Part shown: one piece after another, positions 50,501 to 63,734 of the stretch
How positions within the stretch are numbered: position 1 is the stretch's first letter
Layout of the letters: the number at the start of each line of letters is the position of its first letter
DNA from: Gordius albopunctatus
Lineage: Eukaryota
DNA length: 64,000 nucleotides
Direction of reading: 5' to 3'
Assembly (NCBI GenBank): GCA_964276515.1
Contig: OZ193910.1
Span: 4,278,001 to 4,342,000, forward strand
The notes under the pieces: generated by a model
The model's input: only the letters and a program-made list of their open reading frames with translations
What the model was told of the DNA's origin: nothing
Database searches by the model: none
Translations under genes and position numbers: made by a program

Positions 50501-53500
50501 CTTGACGGTCCTTATACAGCGTTTCGCAGCTAATCTAAATTAAAACCTCCCTGGAATTTATAACTATTTAGCACACTTCTAAATTTTTAACTAGATACGA
50601 TCACTAGTTAATCTATAATTTAAGTGATACTCACGCCTCGTTCGGATGTTGTATGATGATAAGGGACGACATCTAGCCTGAAGCGTATTTCTTGATAGGG
50701 TAAACGGACCAGCGTTAACAGTGGTATTAGTAGCGTCGTAGTCGATCTCGTTTCCAGCTGAGCCAGCCGGATGGCCGGACCTAGGATTTCCTTCTCGAAA
50801 CTAGATGTGCCCCCAGAATGTAGTTGATCGCCTTGAGAAGTCAAGCTGTCTAAAAATTTAGCTTGCCTCTTCGTTAATATGTAGCCCAAGCGTAGACTAG
50901 AGGTGACGCTCTGACACGAGCGCAAAAGTCTGAGCGCCGTTAAAAGGTTTTGCGTAGTGTTAGCGTCTTTTGATGCCACAGTTAAAGCGTTAAAATCAGA
51001 ATCTCGCACTAACAGAATAGTACAAGCGCGCCAACGCTTGAGCGTAAAGGCGCTATCGCGCTGTTGCAGCTCAGACACGGGCGGACATAGGGCTTCGAAT
51101 ACGTCTTGACTAGAAATCCGAGGTACCAGAGGCAAATAAAGTGATGGTGTAGAGGTATAATAAGCGTTTATACCAGCGATGACTCCTTTGAAGTAAGTAC
51201 TTTTGTAAGCGTTTTTAACGGTAAAATAGGCAGGTTCGGTGGAAGAACTCGCGAATCCTTCGAAATCTCTTAGGAGCGCTATAATATCTCCAGACTCCGA
51301 AGTCGGGTTCGGGTCTAAGCCCAAGCCACGTACTACGTCACGGGTTATTCGTTCGGCGGCGGGACCCTTGTTTGCAAGCAATTTGAGAGTCGTGGGATGT
51401 ATATTGGAGCTTAACCAACCGACCACAGCGTTGGCGCGCAGTCTGTAAGCCAGAACCAAGTGCCTTAGCTTTGGTTTGAGCGTTGCTGAGGTGGGTGTGG
51501 ATGGAGATATGACAAGCAATCGTACGCGATTATCGAGTAAGCGTTGGGATGGTTGTAAAATGGATTTTTCGAAGGAGTCGTGATTTTCTAACAGGGAAAT
51601 TAGAGTTACCCGAGGCCCTATCAGTGTGTCTCGGACGAAGGTGACCAAGCCGGTCGTTGTGGGAATTAGGGTGGGAGATTGATAGGGCACGACCTGAATA
51701 GTTGTGATAGTTTAATTCTAGGTTTAACTTAAAATACTTTGAAATTTTTTAAAATTATCTTTTAAAATTTCAACAACAAAAAAAAATTTTTCGCCCCTTG
51801 ATAAATTTTACTGCCTTTTTTAGTTCATATCTTAGCTTTGCTTATGGTTACGTTAATATAACTTAGGATTTTATAAAGTACCAATAAAAATAATTACAAA
51901 TTATGATACCAATAGCTAAGGTGTCGAACCTATTTAAAAACCTTAAATTGACAAAACATTCAAATCACTGTATTTCAAATTAAAAAATTCTTAATTTTTC
52001 TATCTTGCCAAATTAGTTTTTAATTAAAAAATCAATAATTAATAATAAACTGATTATGTTTTAAATAAATAACTTAGACACCAATAATTATTTATAAATT
52101 TATTAAAAGTTAGTTTTATCCAATTTTGTGAATACATCCAATATTACTTTGACATCTATGATGCCAACGATGGTTGGTTTTCTTTTATCATTTTCGTAAT
52201 CGCTAGAAAAGCTGAAGAATGAATTTGACTCATGCGCTGCGGGTGCATTCAATTTTTTAACCAAAGCTGGTTGGGTACGACTATTAACGGCATATACTTT
52301 TATACCTAATAAATACAAATTGCATATATGAATTTATAAATAGTTGCTTAAAAAAGAACTATAAATTGTGAATTTATAGGGTAGACTTTGAAAGCACAAA
52401 TATGTCTAAGATCAAAACTATTATAAAATCTTAAAGTAGCTCAATTTTACCAAAAAAAACTTGAAATAAACAAATTTCCACCATCAAAATGAATTTGAGT
52501 GATTAGGCAATAATTTAAAAATTGTAGAGTATATAAAGGTAGTATAAAGTCTGAATTAAACCTTTCCTTTTATTAAATTTTAAAATGAATTTTTACCATA
52601 TCTTTCTTCAAGTTGAAATACAATTTGAAATAAAGGAGATTTTTGAGAGTCCTAAGATAATAACTACTATATCTTCAGCAAGTTACATATGCCCAAAAGT
52701 TGTGAAAAATTTAGATTTTAGAAACACTTAGTCTATAAATAATTGAGGTCACAAAAATTACAACTTAAAATCCATCAATTTACCATTGACTTCCAAGTCT
52801 TTTGCCAGATTTTGCATCACTGGCTCAAATTTATAACATAAAACACATGATTCTGCATATATAACTATAAGGATAGGGTATAAAAGACTAGCTGGTAATA
52901 TTTCTTTTTCATATTTCCTGTTATAAAACAACAAATAAGTTATGATATATATTAATCTATAAAATTTAGTTTTAAAAATAAATAAAAAGCATTGATTTGA
53001 TAAAATTTTAAATTAATAAAATATAAACTTATTTTCATATCTGTCAATTACTTCAAATTTATAACATTATCCCTATAAAATCCAGTTGACCAATCAAAAT
53101 CAAATGTAAAATGGGGATAAAATGTAGAAAAATGTTGAGATTGATCCATATTTTTGTGTAATGGAATTCCATTAGGACCATACTCATCATATATTTTTCT
53201 TCTTTCTTCATCCCTCAATATCTTACAATTAAAGTAAATAAATAGAAACCATGGTGAATCATAATGTTCAAATTAAACAAGTTTTATACCCATAATTTAT
53301 GATAATATTTTATTTTTGTTAAAAATTTAGATGTTATAGAGTACAAATAATTACTGCATAGGCTTCATTTAATTCCTCCATATTCTTAGAAGCATCGTTG
53401 TCTTTATTTTTGTCTGGGTGACTATCATATATATATATATTAAGTTGTTTAAAATTGATTACTATTTTAAAGCCTTTTGACGGTATAACTTTTGGATATC

Positions 53501-53617
53501 TTTAAGTGTAGCTTTTTTGTGAGCCCCCAAGATTTTATATGGATCTAAAGATTTAGATCCATTAATAGCATATATTAGCACCAAAATAAGTAAGACATAT
53601 AGACTAGCTAAACCCAT
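44574..53617 (-). CDS. DNAJC16: DnaJ homolog subfamily C member 16 (signal peptide, J domain, thioredoxin-like, TM), multi-exon
   Basis: MGLASLYVLLILVLIYAING..LDPYKILG..Y|HPDKNK; YAESCVLCYKFEPV (CxxC); PRISSQDVFEALCP; TM segment VLSVLFSFLFILGGGYFMAYLV; ELKPGTYNALIRLLKPGCRTILIL; CVGTVLAVNGYRKYYCIY; C-terminus WLDRLFEGTVQRYYIDYWPPMKL*. Exons between about 49100 and 49950 are unresolved. Confidence 0.9.
44838..45202. mobile_element. PIF/Harbinger (Tourist-like) MITE
   Basis: TIRs gggcttgtcttaatatcggatt / aatccgatattaagacaatccc flanked by TAA on both sides. Confidence 0.85.
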
Positions 53618-55713
53618 TTATTGGGGAGTACCAGCTGATGATAAAATCTTTCAAAAGCTAGCGGTCTTTAAAAAATTTACGAAAAATACCTAAGCCTTAT
53701 ATGCATTGCCATGGGCGTAGCCAGGTTTTTTAGCGTTTTGTATAATTTTTTTTTGTCCCGGCTACGCTCATGTGCGTTACTGAGCCTAGACCCCGAAAAA
53801 ATTGCCTTTAATCACTCTGAGTCCGTCCCAAATTCACTTTTTATTTTCAATTTACATAATTTTATAACAAAGACTTTTACATTCAAAAAAAATTTATTCC
53901 ATTGGAGTGTAAGAGTTTATATTAAGTTATAAAGTACTTGCCTAAATCAAGTTTTTAAGCTTATGCTCATATATTTTAATATATTGGAAAATTGCCACAA
54001 TTTAAATTTTTGTGGATTAAAATGCACCTGATAATATGATTGTAGCCAGCATTCAAATTAGAGGGGGGCAATAATGATAGGGATGGGCAAAATGATCATT
54101 TTTAAAATTTTAGCCATAATTTTAATGAATTTTAGTAAATATTTGTATTTAAAGCCCTACCTGTCGCCTTTGACTACGCTCGTGCCTGATAATGCCATCT
54201 TCTTTATTGAATCAAAATGTCCAGCTATCAAATATTCTGGGAATTTGATAGGTTTACCTGGCTCATGAGTTACACTATCATGGTTATTCAGGAAACTGAA
54301 TGCTACGATGATAATTAAGCATGAACAAAAGTCATTGAGGTGCTAAAAATTTTTAGCCATGGTCGCCAAATTTGAATAATAATTTTTATTAATTAGCCAT
54401 CAATATGAAATATCACATTCGACCGAATGATGTAATTGTTGCTAATTCCGAAGATGTCTTAGTGTTATTTACTAGTTCATCTCAACTCATTTTGAGTCAA
54501 AATATTTATATTATTTTCTAAAGATAAGGATAAAATATGCGATAAATATATTATAGATTTATTTAAATGCCCTAGGGGCTACTCATTTTATTAAATAAGC
54601 TAAAATTATTGAAGTTTGGGTTTGCGCGGTGGTGTGCAGTTATTTAGAATCAATTGTATACCAATCATATTCATTTGCATTACACATATTAATTGTAAAT
54701 CACCCACAATAAAGATACACAATCATAATTTATCCTATTATTATTGTATGGTCATTGAAACAAGATAAGACAAAGCCAATAACATTTTCGGTTTTGCGCT
54801 TCACTAATGATAATCAAAGAATATTTGTTTGCTTAATCGAACTTTAAAATTGCGTTTATTATATAAAAGTCTAAAATAAAATGTTTTAAAGTTATTTACT
54901 TATATTATTTTTTGAAGTTACTGTAGCCACCATATATGGTAAAAAAATATCAAGAGAGGAAGAAGGGAAGGATTCTAAAAGCTATATTAAATTAGCGGGA
55001 TTGGGTTATAGATAAAAATTCTTTAATTACACAGCTCTACAAATTTTGACTTTGTCATTATATCCCGCAATCCGACCTATAATTCTGATAGAGAATTTTA
55101 TGCTGAAAAATAATCTGTTTTTAATTTTTTTTCTACAATCACTAGTTATTTAGATATACGAGGTTGAAGGTGCCAAAAAAGCTCTTTTTAAGCCTTTTTG
55201 AGGCTATATTGCCACGGTATTTTTAATATTTAGTGAAAAATAGTAATATATTCATGTAGATTAAAGTTTCATCTATAGGTCCATTTTTTTAATTTTTTGT
55301 TACACCTCTATATTTAAATTTATTCGCGTTTTTGTGAACCCCTTCCCCTTATCAAAATTCGTCCCACTATGTCTGGAAAAAAGAGTACAATAGATTACAT
55401 ACTACGTACTACTCTACCTTTAATAACTTCAAAAATATAAATTTATTAAATAAAAAAAAACATATTTTATTTTAATAATATAAAATAAAATATTTTCTCA
55501 TCTAATAGGTTCCAATATTTTTAATACATTAAATAATCACCTTATTAATTAAGATTTTACACATTTAAAAATCTTAATTAATTTAATTATTTTGAAAAAT
55601 CTTAAAATTCTTTTTAATAATCATTCCAGTAATATAAATCAAAATTTAAGAAATAATTGAATAAAAATGTTTTATTTTTAAGCCAATAATAGTAAATTTA
55701 CCTTTCACACTAA

Positions 55714-56760
55714 TCATATATATAAAAATGAAAATATGTGTGTATGTATGCCGCCACCAATTTTGGATTGAGCCAAATCGGTCCAGTAGTTTTCGAGTTT
55801 GTTTTATACGTTTTGACGTTTAATAAAATGTCAATCAAACGAAACCTCATGACGTACTGCCTATCTAAATGAAACTATGTTAGTGTGATAAATGTAGGCA
55901 TGTGCTGCGGAAAATGGAAATTTTTTACGATTTGAAACATTAAATAAAAGCATGGGCGTACGCAGGTTTTGAATTAGGGGGGGGGGGGGGAGATTAAAAA
56001 AAAAATTTCTCGACTATCCAAAAATTTTCCTCAGAGCAAAAAAAGGTCTTCGACTACTAAATTCCTAAATTTTTCCTGAGACCCGCAGGGGGTAGCCGCC
56101 CTCCCTTGACTAAATAGGGGGGGGGGGGGACAGCCGCCCTTTCTGCTCTTCCCTGGCTAATTAGGGGGGGGGGGGGGCAAAACATAATTTTTAAGGATTT
56201 TTGTATTGAAAAATTATTTTTTTTTAAATTAGGGGGGGGGGGCGGTGCCCCCCCCCCTGGATACGCCCATAAATCAAAGTCATTTTTTTTGCTTATTTTT
56301 CACGTCAATTATTATTATTATAGGACGGTCGTGTCTCCTCCTGCGTGGCTAAATAAATTAAAAAATCTAATTTTGTCATTTTTTGCGCGTTGAATAAGGA
56401 TAAAAATGAAAATACAATTAAGAAAGTGCCAATGAATGTTGATATATCTCAGTTCTTCGGACATTATTAAGTTCAGAATTAAAATTTATATTCAGAAACA
56501 AATCATTATAATATTGTTTCTTAATTACAAAAAAATAAAAATAAAATTGCTTGAAGGGCCAGGGGGCCAAAGATTTTTGGGGCCAGGTTTTCTCTCTTGG
56601 GTGGGCCTGGGCCTTTGACCCTCTTTAACTATTTCTTTAAAAATTATCAAACTTTATTTTTACTTCAATAACCGCTTTATCATCATATATGCCTTAAAAT
56701 TCCAACATAATTTAATACACCCGGGTAAATGGCAAAACAACGTTTGCCGGGGTCATCTAG
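55714..56760 (+). mobile_element. Non-autonomous Helitron (second family)
   Basis: 5' end a|TCatatatataaaaatg..gtgtgtatgtatg; 3' hairpin ggcaaaacaacgtttgcc followed by CTAG|t. Confidence 0.8.
55951..56271. mobile_element. hAT-type MITE with four poly-G tracts, nested in the Helitron
   Basis: Ends catgggcgta / tacgcccata; TSD aataaaag/aatcaaag (7/8). Confidence 0.8.
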
Positions 56761-56888
56761 TTTATAAAAAATTTGAAAGAACGTCAATAAATTAATATTA
56801 TACATAATATAGATGGCGTTATATTTATTAAACAATCATGATATTTATTTTAGAATGCTGTATCTAGTCTATGTTGTTAACACATTTA

Positions 56889-58140
56889 CAGCGTTTTTCT
56901 AAACTTTTGCACTTCGTATTCCTCTCCTGCACACTAGTAGGGGAGAAAGGGGGTAATTCATCATAGCGTTTAACATGAATCGCTCATTCCTTCTCTCCCC
57001 TTCGCATGTAACACACTTCCTCCCCAACCTTACATGTTATTTAGCAGCTCATACACCATATTTTGCACTTTTTTATAAAATGGTCATTTTTTGTATAAAT
57101 TAGTGAATTTTCTTTTCAAATTTTTTCTAGTATAGTTTAAATTAATTAAACTTAAATTTTTTATTGATTAATTTTTTTAATTTGAAGTTTATTCAACCTT
57201 AAAAATGAAATTTTGTCATGTATACATTTATTGTGGAAAAAATAATGTAAAATATAATAAAATATGCGTATATAAAACAAAAGAAATTCATGTAGAATTT
57301 AATAATCAATATTTTCATTATTCAAACACGGGTAAATATATGTTTTTACATGGAAAAAATAGTTTCGACAATCTTCTAAAGTAATCTAACGATTAATGTA
57401 CTATTGTGTATATGAAATGTAAATTACCTCGGATTTATAATTTTCTAGGAGTGTTAATAAATCCCTCTCATTTTGAGGTTCGCCTTTTCTCACGATGAAC
57501 TTCAATTTGCTAAAGACCTCCTCTATAGGATGGTAAATATAAAGCTTTATGACCAAAAGCTGCTAAGGTATTTTTTACTAACAGGGAATGGTGGAATGGA
57601 ACATTTTCCATTACGATCATGCAGTTTTGAATATTTTTATTGGATAGGTATTCAAATAATTCAATTAAAAAGTCGATAAATTAAAATTATTAAAGGCGCA
57701 GGTTCAGTTGCAAGAGTTCCCAAAACACATTTCACGGTTAAAAACGGGGTGAGGTACATGCCACATGCCAAACAGGGAGACGGAAAGAGTTAGTGAAATT
57801 AGATTTTCATCCAGGAAATATTTTTAAGGTTGAATAAACTTTAAATTAAAAAAAATTAATCAATAAAAAATTTAAGTTTAATTAATTTAAACTATACTAG
57901 AAAAAATTTGAAAAAAAAATTCACTAATTTATACAAAAAACGACCATTTTATAAAAAAAAGTGCAAAATATGGTGTATGAGTTGCTAAATAACATGTAAG
58001 GTTGGGGAAGGAGTGTGTTACATGCGAAGGGGAGAGAAGGAATGAGCGATTCATGTTAAACGCTTTGATGGATTACCCCTTTTCTCTCCTAGTAATGTGC
58101 AGGAGATCAATACAAAGTGCAAAAGTTTAGGTAAACGCTG
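56889..58140. mobile_element. Tc1/mariner-type non-autonomous element with about 320-bp TIRs
   Basis: 56889-57206 is the near-identical reverse complement of about 57820-58140. Termini ta|CAGCGTTT...AAACGCTG|ta. Confidence 0.9.
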
Positions 58141-58563
58141 TATGTCTTTTAAGATGGGATGTTCCACCAGATGGTTTGTAGGAAAGATACTTTTTGCAAA
58201 TGCAAATATTAGCAAATACCCAAATGAATATTAATTTACTGTTACTGATATAAAATAATAAGTTTTTAAAATTTGAAAAGTGTACATTATAATAATAGTT
58301 TACTTGATAAGGTAGAATTTTTTAAAACTGGATCATGGTGGTTATCTTTTTTATTATAACTTCTGCTATTAAATTCATTTTTGTATGAATCTGAAAGCCA
58401 ATTAAGTTGTTTGAAAATCTTAGTTATACTTTTATTTTTATGATTGAAATTTTCTAGAATGCCATTTTAAATTAAATTATTAAGACCTTCAGTGTTTTGC
58501 GTCCATTGTCTTAATTGATTTGGAACTTAATTGACACATTTACATTACCTTACTACTTCGCGA

Positions 58564-61500
58564 CGTTAATTGAACAATCAAGCATACCTCACGGATTCAC
58601 CACTAAGTGTAATGGATTTATTTATACATCGCGGAGGCACCACTAAATGTAATTGATTTGTTTATACCTCGCGGAGGCACCACTAAACTTAATGGATTTA
58701 TTCAATTAATTCACGAGTATATAAAGGAGTTTAAAACACTTCTTACTTACTTACTTTTCTCGCAAACAATCAGTAAAGTAATTATTACTTTATTCTTCTG
58801 GTATTTATACTTCCCGAAAGTGGTGACCCACCCTTGTTATATGCCCCCTTCTTCCCTACCCTTACCCAACCCTTGTTATACGTAACCTTGTAAATGGATA
58901 CCAACCAAGTTGATGACGTCCAAATTAAATCGGAAAACGCTATGTTTTTTAAATTGACCCCCTTCAATCGTATAAATCCCCGCTTATGGTTTGTCCAGAT
59001 AGAGGCCCTTTTCACGATTCGATGAATAACATCTGTGTCTAGCAAACTTGGATACGTGATTGAATGCCTCCCACAATAAGTCACAATAGAGATCCAAGAT
59101 TACTCGGAAAATCTACCGGCTGAGGCTCCGTACACTACCATCCGGTCAGCTATCATCGACAGCACATCAAAATCGGACTCAGCACAATTCCATGACCTAA
59201 TTTCCAACGTGGAATTGGGTGATCGTGCACCCTCACAACTCTATAGACACATGAAAAGCCTCCTGGGTACCGCCAAAATGGAAGACATCATTTTAAAACA
59301 ATTATGGTTGGAAAAACTGGACAACAACATGGCCAGCATCTTGGCGATCTATGCAAGTGACCAGAATTTAGTCAAGCTAGCTAAAACAGCTGATAAAATC
59401 ACGGAAACGTATCATACGTCGCAAATATCCAACGTCGCCCCTGCCACACAGAGATCAAGCAACGATATTGAGACGCTCAGAGACATGGTCAATAGACTGA
59501 GTGTGAGTATCGAGACATTACGGTAAGAGGTCAGTCAAAAAAATCGTTTTCGGTCGAGAAGTAGGTCTACAGCAAGGCGATTTCGATCCCCGTTTCAACC
59601 CGACCCAGACGTTCCCCAGGATTAGTGTTTGTATCACCAAAGATATAAGGAAAAGGCCACGAAATGCCGACAACCTTGCAATTATATCCCAACTTTCTTG
59701 TCAAACCCACAGGCCTGCCACAATCCGCGACACCTGGTTTAGGACATAAGATCAGTCGCTTATTTTTTATTTTCGATAAATCAACGAAATTTTGGTTTTT
59801 AATAGATACTGGATCATTATAACCCTCTCGTCGATAAGACTACTTTAAAGTCTTATGGGCGATATATGGATGCCAACTTGTACAATTTACAACTCGCAAT
59901 AAAGATCGATTCACCGCATTTTAAAAATGTTTTAAAAGAGTTTCCCGAGACTTATGCCTCTCCAAATTATAGGTTACGCGTAAGCCACCAAGTAGTCCAC
60001 CAAATACGTACATTAGGACCACCTGTTTATGCCAGATCTAGACGCTTAGACCCTGTTAAGCTAAAAATTGCCAAACAGGAGTTTACTCATATGCTCGAAC
60101 TCAGCATAATTCAACCCTCAGAAAGCTCCTAGAGTCCTCCATTGCACATGGTTCCGAAAAAAACTCCCGAAGAATGGCGACCGTGTGGAGATTACCGAGC
60201 CCTTAACGTTATAACGATACCGGATCGTTACCCCTTGCCACACCTGCAAGATTTCTCACTCAACCTAGCCGGAACAACCATCTATACAAAAATAGATCTA
60301 GCCAGAGCTTACCATCAAATACCCGTAGCCTTGGAAGACATCGCAAAGACTGCAATAACCAGACATTTCGGTCTTTATGAATTTTTGCGAATGCCTTTGT
60401 GTTACGAAATGCTGCTCAAACATTCTAACGCTTCATTGACCAAGCTCTCCGTGGTCTCAATTTCGCCTTCGCGTATTTGGATGATATTTTGATCGCAAGT
60501 ACATCAACTAGTGAACATTTATACCACTTACGTCAAGTTTTTACGCGATTAAGAGATTTTGATATAAAGATCAACCTGGACAAGTGCCAATGGGGACGTT
60601 CGTCTCTGGATTTTCTAGGACATCAAGTTTCCCCACAAGTTTTAACGCCAATACCGGAGAAGATCTCACCTATCAAGAATTTCGCCACCCCGACCACTAT
60701 GACACAACTACGTAGTGCTGTAAACATTTGTAAAAAAATCGAACGCGTTCGCGTTCAACGTTCATTGACAAAAATCAAACGCGTTCACGTTCACGTTCAC
60801 GTTCGTCTAAAAAGAAAAGGAACGCGTTCACTTATGATACATTTTTTTAAAGTTTAATTTAATATAAATAAATGTCTTATATTTTTTAATACAATAAATA
60901 GCCATGATAAAAAATAATAGTTTTATTTCGACAATAGAATTATAAATCAATATAATCTATTTTCTTATTTAATTTTAATAATAATTGTTTTTCAAAATTG
61001 TCTTCTGATAAGCAGGAACGCTTGGCAGTTAATACAGCATTAGCTATACTAAAAACCTGCTCCACAGGGGCAGATGAGGGGATTGGAGTATTATACTTAA
61101 TAAACAAATTTTTTAAAGGAGGAAATTTATTAAAAACTTTTAATGTTTTGTCCCTCGCTTCAAAAAATTGCGACAAGATATCATCCTCCAATGCGCCCTC
61201 TACTTCCTCGCCAAAAATGATATCTCGGAATTGACAGCTCTTTCATTATCAATTCTAGGGATTTCAATCACTTTTTTCAATAACACTAAAAGTTTATTCT
61301 TTATAGGTTCATTTTAATTATTGAATTTGATCTTTTATATGAAACGAGTGAAAAATATTTTTCATATTTTGGCCATGGTAATTTCAATTCATCTGCTGAT
61401 GACGACGATATAATATTATGATTGTCCATATTAACCTATAAATTAAACTATAATTAATAATATCAAACTAATTAACTTTAATCTTATCTTCTTTTGCACG

Positions 61501-63698
61501 TTATATTATGTTAAAAGTATTTCGGAATTGGTAAAAGGAAACAGGAAAAACAGCTGATTAAAAAATATAATACTTTTTTGTTAAAAATTCGAATTGACAT
61601 TAATTTTAAAATAAATAAAAACAAAAAAAGATTTTTAAAATTGAACGAACGTTAAATTTGAACGCGTTCATCAAAAAAGGAACGCGTTCACGTTCAAAGT
61701 TCACCAAAAAATAAAAGAACGCCGTTCGTAAACGCGTTCAATTTGAACGCGTTCACTTACAGCACTACAACTACGTCGTTTTGTGGGAATGGTAAATTTT
61801 TACAGGCGTTTTATACCCAACTGTGCACTCCATCTACAACCACTGACTGATCTCCTCAACGACGCAAAAGGACCTTTGGACATGACGCAGAGCGCACACG
61901 ACGTATTCCACAAGATTAAAATAATGCTCGATGAAATCTCGACCCTTAATCATTTAGTTATGGTGCCAACATCTCTATTACAACCGACGAGTCAAACTCT
62001 GCAATTGGAGCCGTTCTACATCAGATCGTAAAAGGGGAAATTAGTCCTTTATCCTTTTTCTTCCTGAAATTGAGCAACCGAACACATCCCTCACAGAAAG
62101 AATTGCTATGACACAAAAACAAGAGCAATATCAAGTAGAAGAGCTCGAAAGTCTTAAACTGGAACAACGCGTAATTCCAGGTACAAATTTACAAATTTAA
62201 CTATTACGTGCGATATATCTACATCGACTTCAAGACCTTTAGTACCTATGACGCTCCGATGAATATTTTATAATCAACTACATGGTCTTTCTCACCCAGC
62301 CTTACACCCAACACTTAAACTAATTGCCTAAAGTTTCGTCTGGCCGGGAATGAACAAAGATGTACGCGATTGGACAAAGCAATGCATTGAATGCCAAAAA
62401 TGCAAGGTAAATAGACGCGTAATATCAACCCTAGGCACGTTCGCTGAACCAGACGCAAGGTTTAGCCACGTACATGTAGATCTCGTCGGACCCTTACCAC
62501 CTTCTAACCGCCACATTCATATTTTTACTGCCGTTGATTGTTTCACCCGATGGCCGATTGCAATTCCCATTATTGACGCAACAGCCGAAACCGTTGCACG
62601 CACATTTTTGACACACTGAATAGCCAAATTTGGTGTTCCGGCGATATTAACCACGGACCGGGGACCGCAATTCCAATCTGCCCTTTTTAAAAAATTATCT
62701 ATTTTATTAGGGTATCATCATATCACTACGACAGCTTACCATCCACAAGCCAATGGGATGGTAGAGCGATTTCACCGACAGCTCTAACGTTCAATCATGA
62801 CAAAAGGTGACGTTACCTGTTGGTCCGAACTTATTCCCCTTGTACTCCTAGGGATTCGCAACACCGTCAAGGAAGACCTCGCCTGTTCAAGCGCGGAGTT
62901 GGTATACGGTACTTCTTTACGACTCCCAGGAGAATTTTTACAACCGTCGGATTGCGACATAAACGCAGCCGATTACATCCAACGCCTTAGACAGCAGTTC
63001 GATGATGTACGATTTACACCTTCCAGACCATCGAACATCAAACAACAAATGTCCGAAAATTTATTTACATCAACTCATGTTTTTATAAGGACTGATCGGC
63101 TACGCAAAGCTTTGGTTCCCCCCTATGAAGGACCTTTCAAAGTGATTGAAAAACATACTAAATTTTTTATCATAGACCACAATGAGAGAAAAGACACTGT
63201 CTCAATCGATCGATTAAAGCCAGATTTCCTCGAACCTAAGGTTGATAACCCGAATGCATCAGTTGACCCAAATTCATCCAAATCAAACAATCACTCACCG
63301 ACCCAAAATTCAAACCAACCTACAATTGTTTCTTCTACAAAACCTTCCACAAAAGCTAGCGTACTACTTTCCAACCCAACCATTACCAAGTCTGGTCGAC
63401 AAGTTCATTGGCCCAAAAAGTTTGTTAATTTTATAAAGCATACCTCGCGGATTCAACACTAAATGTAATTGATTTATTTATACCTCGCGGAGGCACCACT
63501 AAATGTAATTGATTTGTTTATACCTCGCGGAGGCACCACTAAACTTAAATGATTTACTCAATTAATTCACGAGTATATAAAGGACTTTAAAACACTTCTT
63601 ACTTACTTACTTTTCTCGCAACGATTTACTTTGATTGGTTATACAATAAAGTAATTATTACTTTATCCTTCTGGTATTTACTTCCCGAAAAGTGTAAC
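58564..63698 (+). mobile_element. Decayed Ty3/Gypsy LTR retrotransposon (CsRn1/Kabuki-like)
   Basis: Direct repeats at about 58564-58820 and 63423-63698; PBS-like TGGTGACCC at 58821. Gag [63 protein letters not shown]; integrase CIECQKCK, RFSHVHVDLVGPLP, TTDRG, NGMVERFHR, PYEGPF. Many stops and frameshifts. Confidence 0.93.
60713..61767 (-). mobile_element. Non-autonomous hAT element inserted in the Gypsy pol
   Basis: Perfect 11-bp TIR TAGTGCTGTAA, perfect TSD caactacg, and gaacgcgttc subterminal palindromes. 60940-61191 (-) encodes FPPLKNLFIKYNTPIPSSAPVEQVFS (hATC). The Gypsy frame QLR|RFVGMVNFYRRF resumes after it. Confidence 0.95.
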
Positions 63699-63734
63699 CT
63701 AATTTATGGCTTTGAAATTATTTAATATAATTAA

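Noticed and set aside
50620..51690. 356-aa ORF as a stand-alone gene
   Set aside because: It is a large internal exon of DNAJC16 (PRISSQDVFEALCP motif, splice sites at both ends).
54975..55410. Repeat-like intergenic segment upstream of DNAJC16
   Set aside because: No termini, TSD or second copy could be established.
58580..58700. 40-bp repeats (also at 63436-63555) superficially like a CRISPR array
   Set aside because: Head-to-tail tandem units without unique spacers, inside Gypsy LTRs in a eukaryotic context, with no cas genes.
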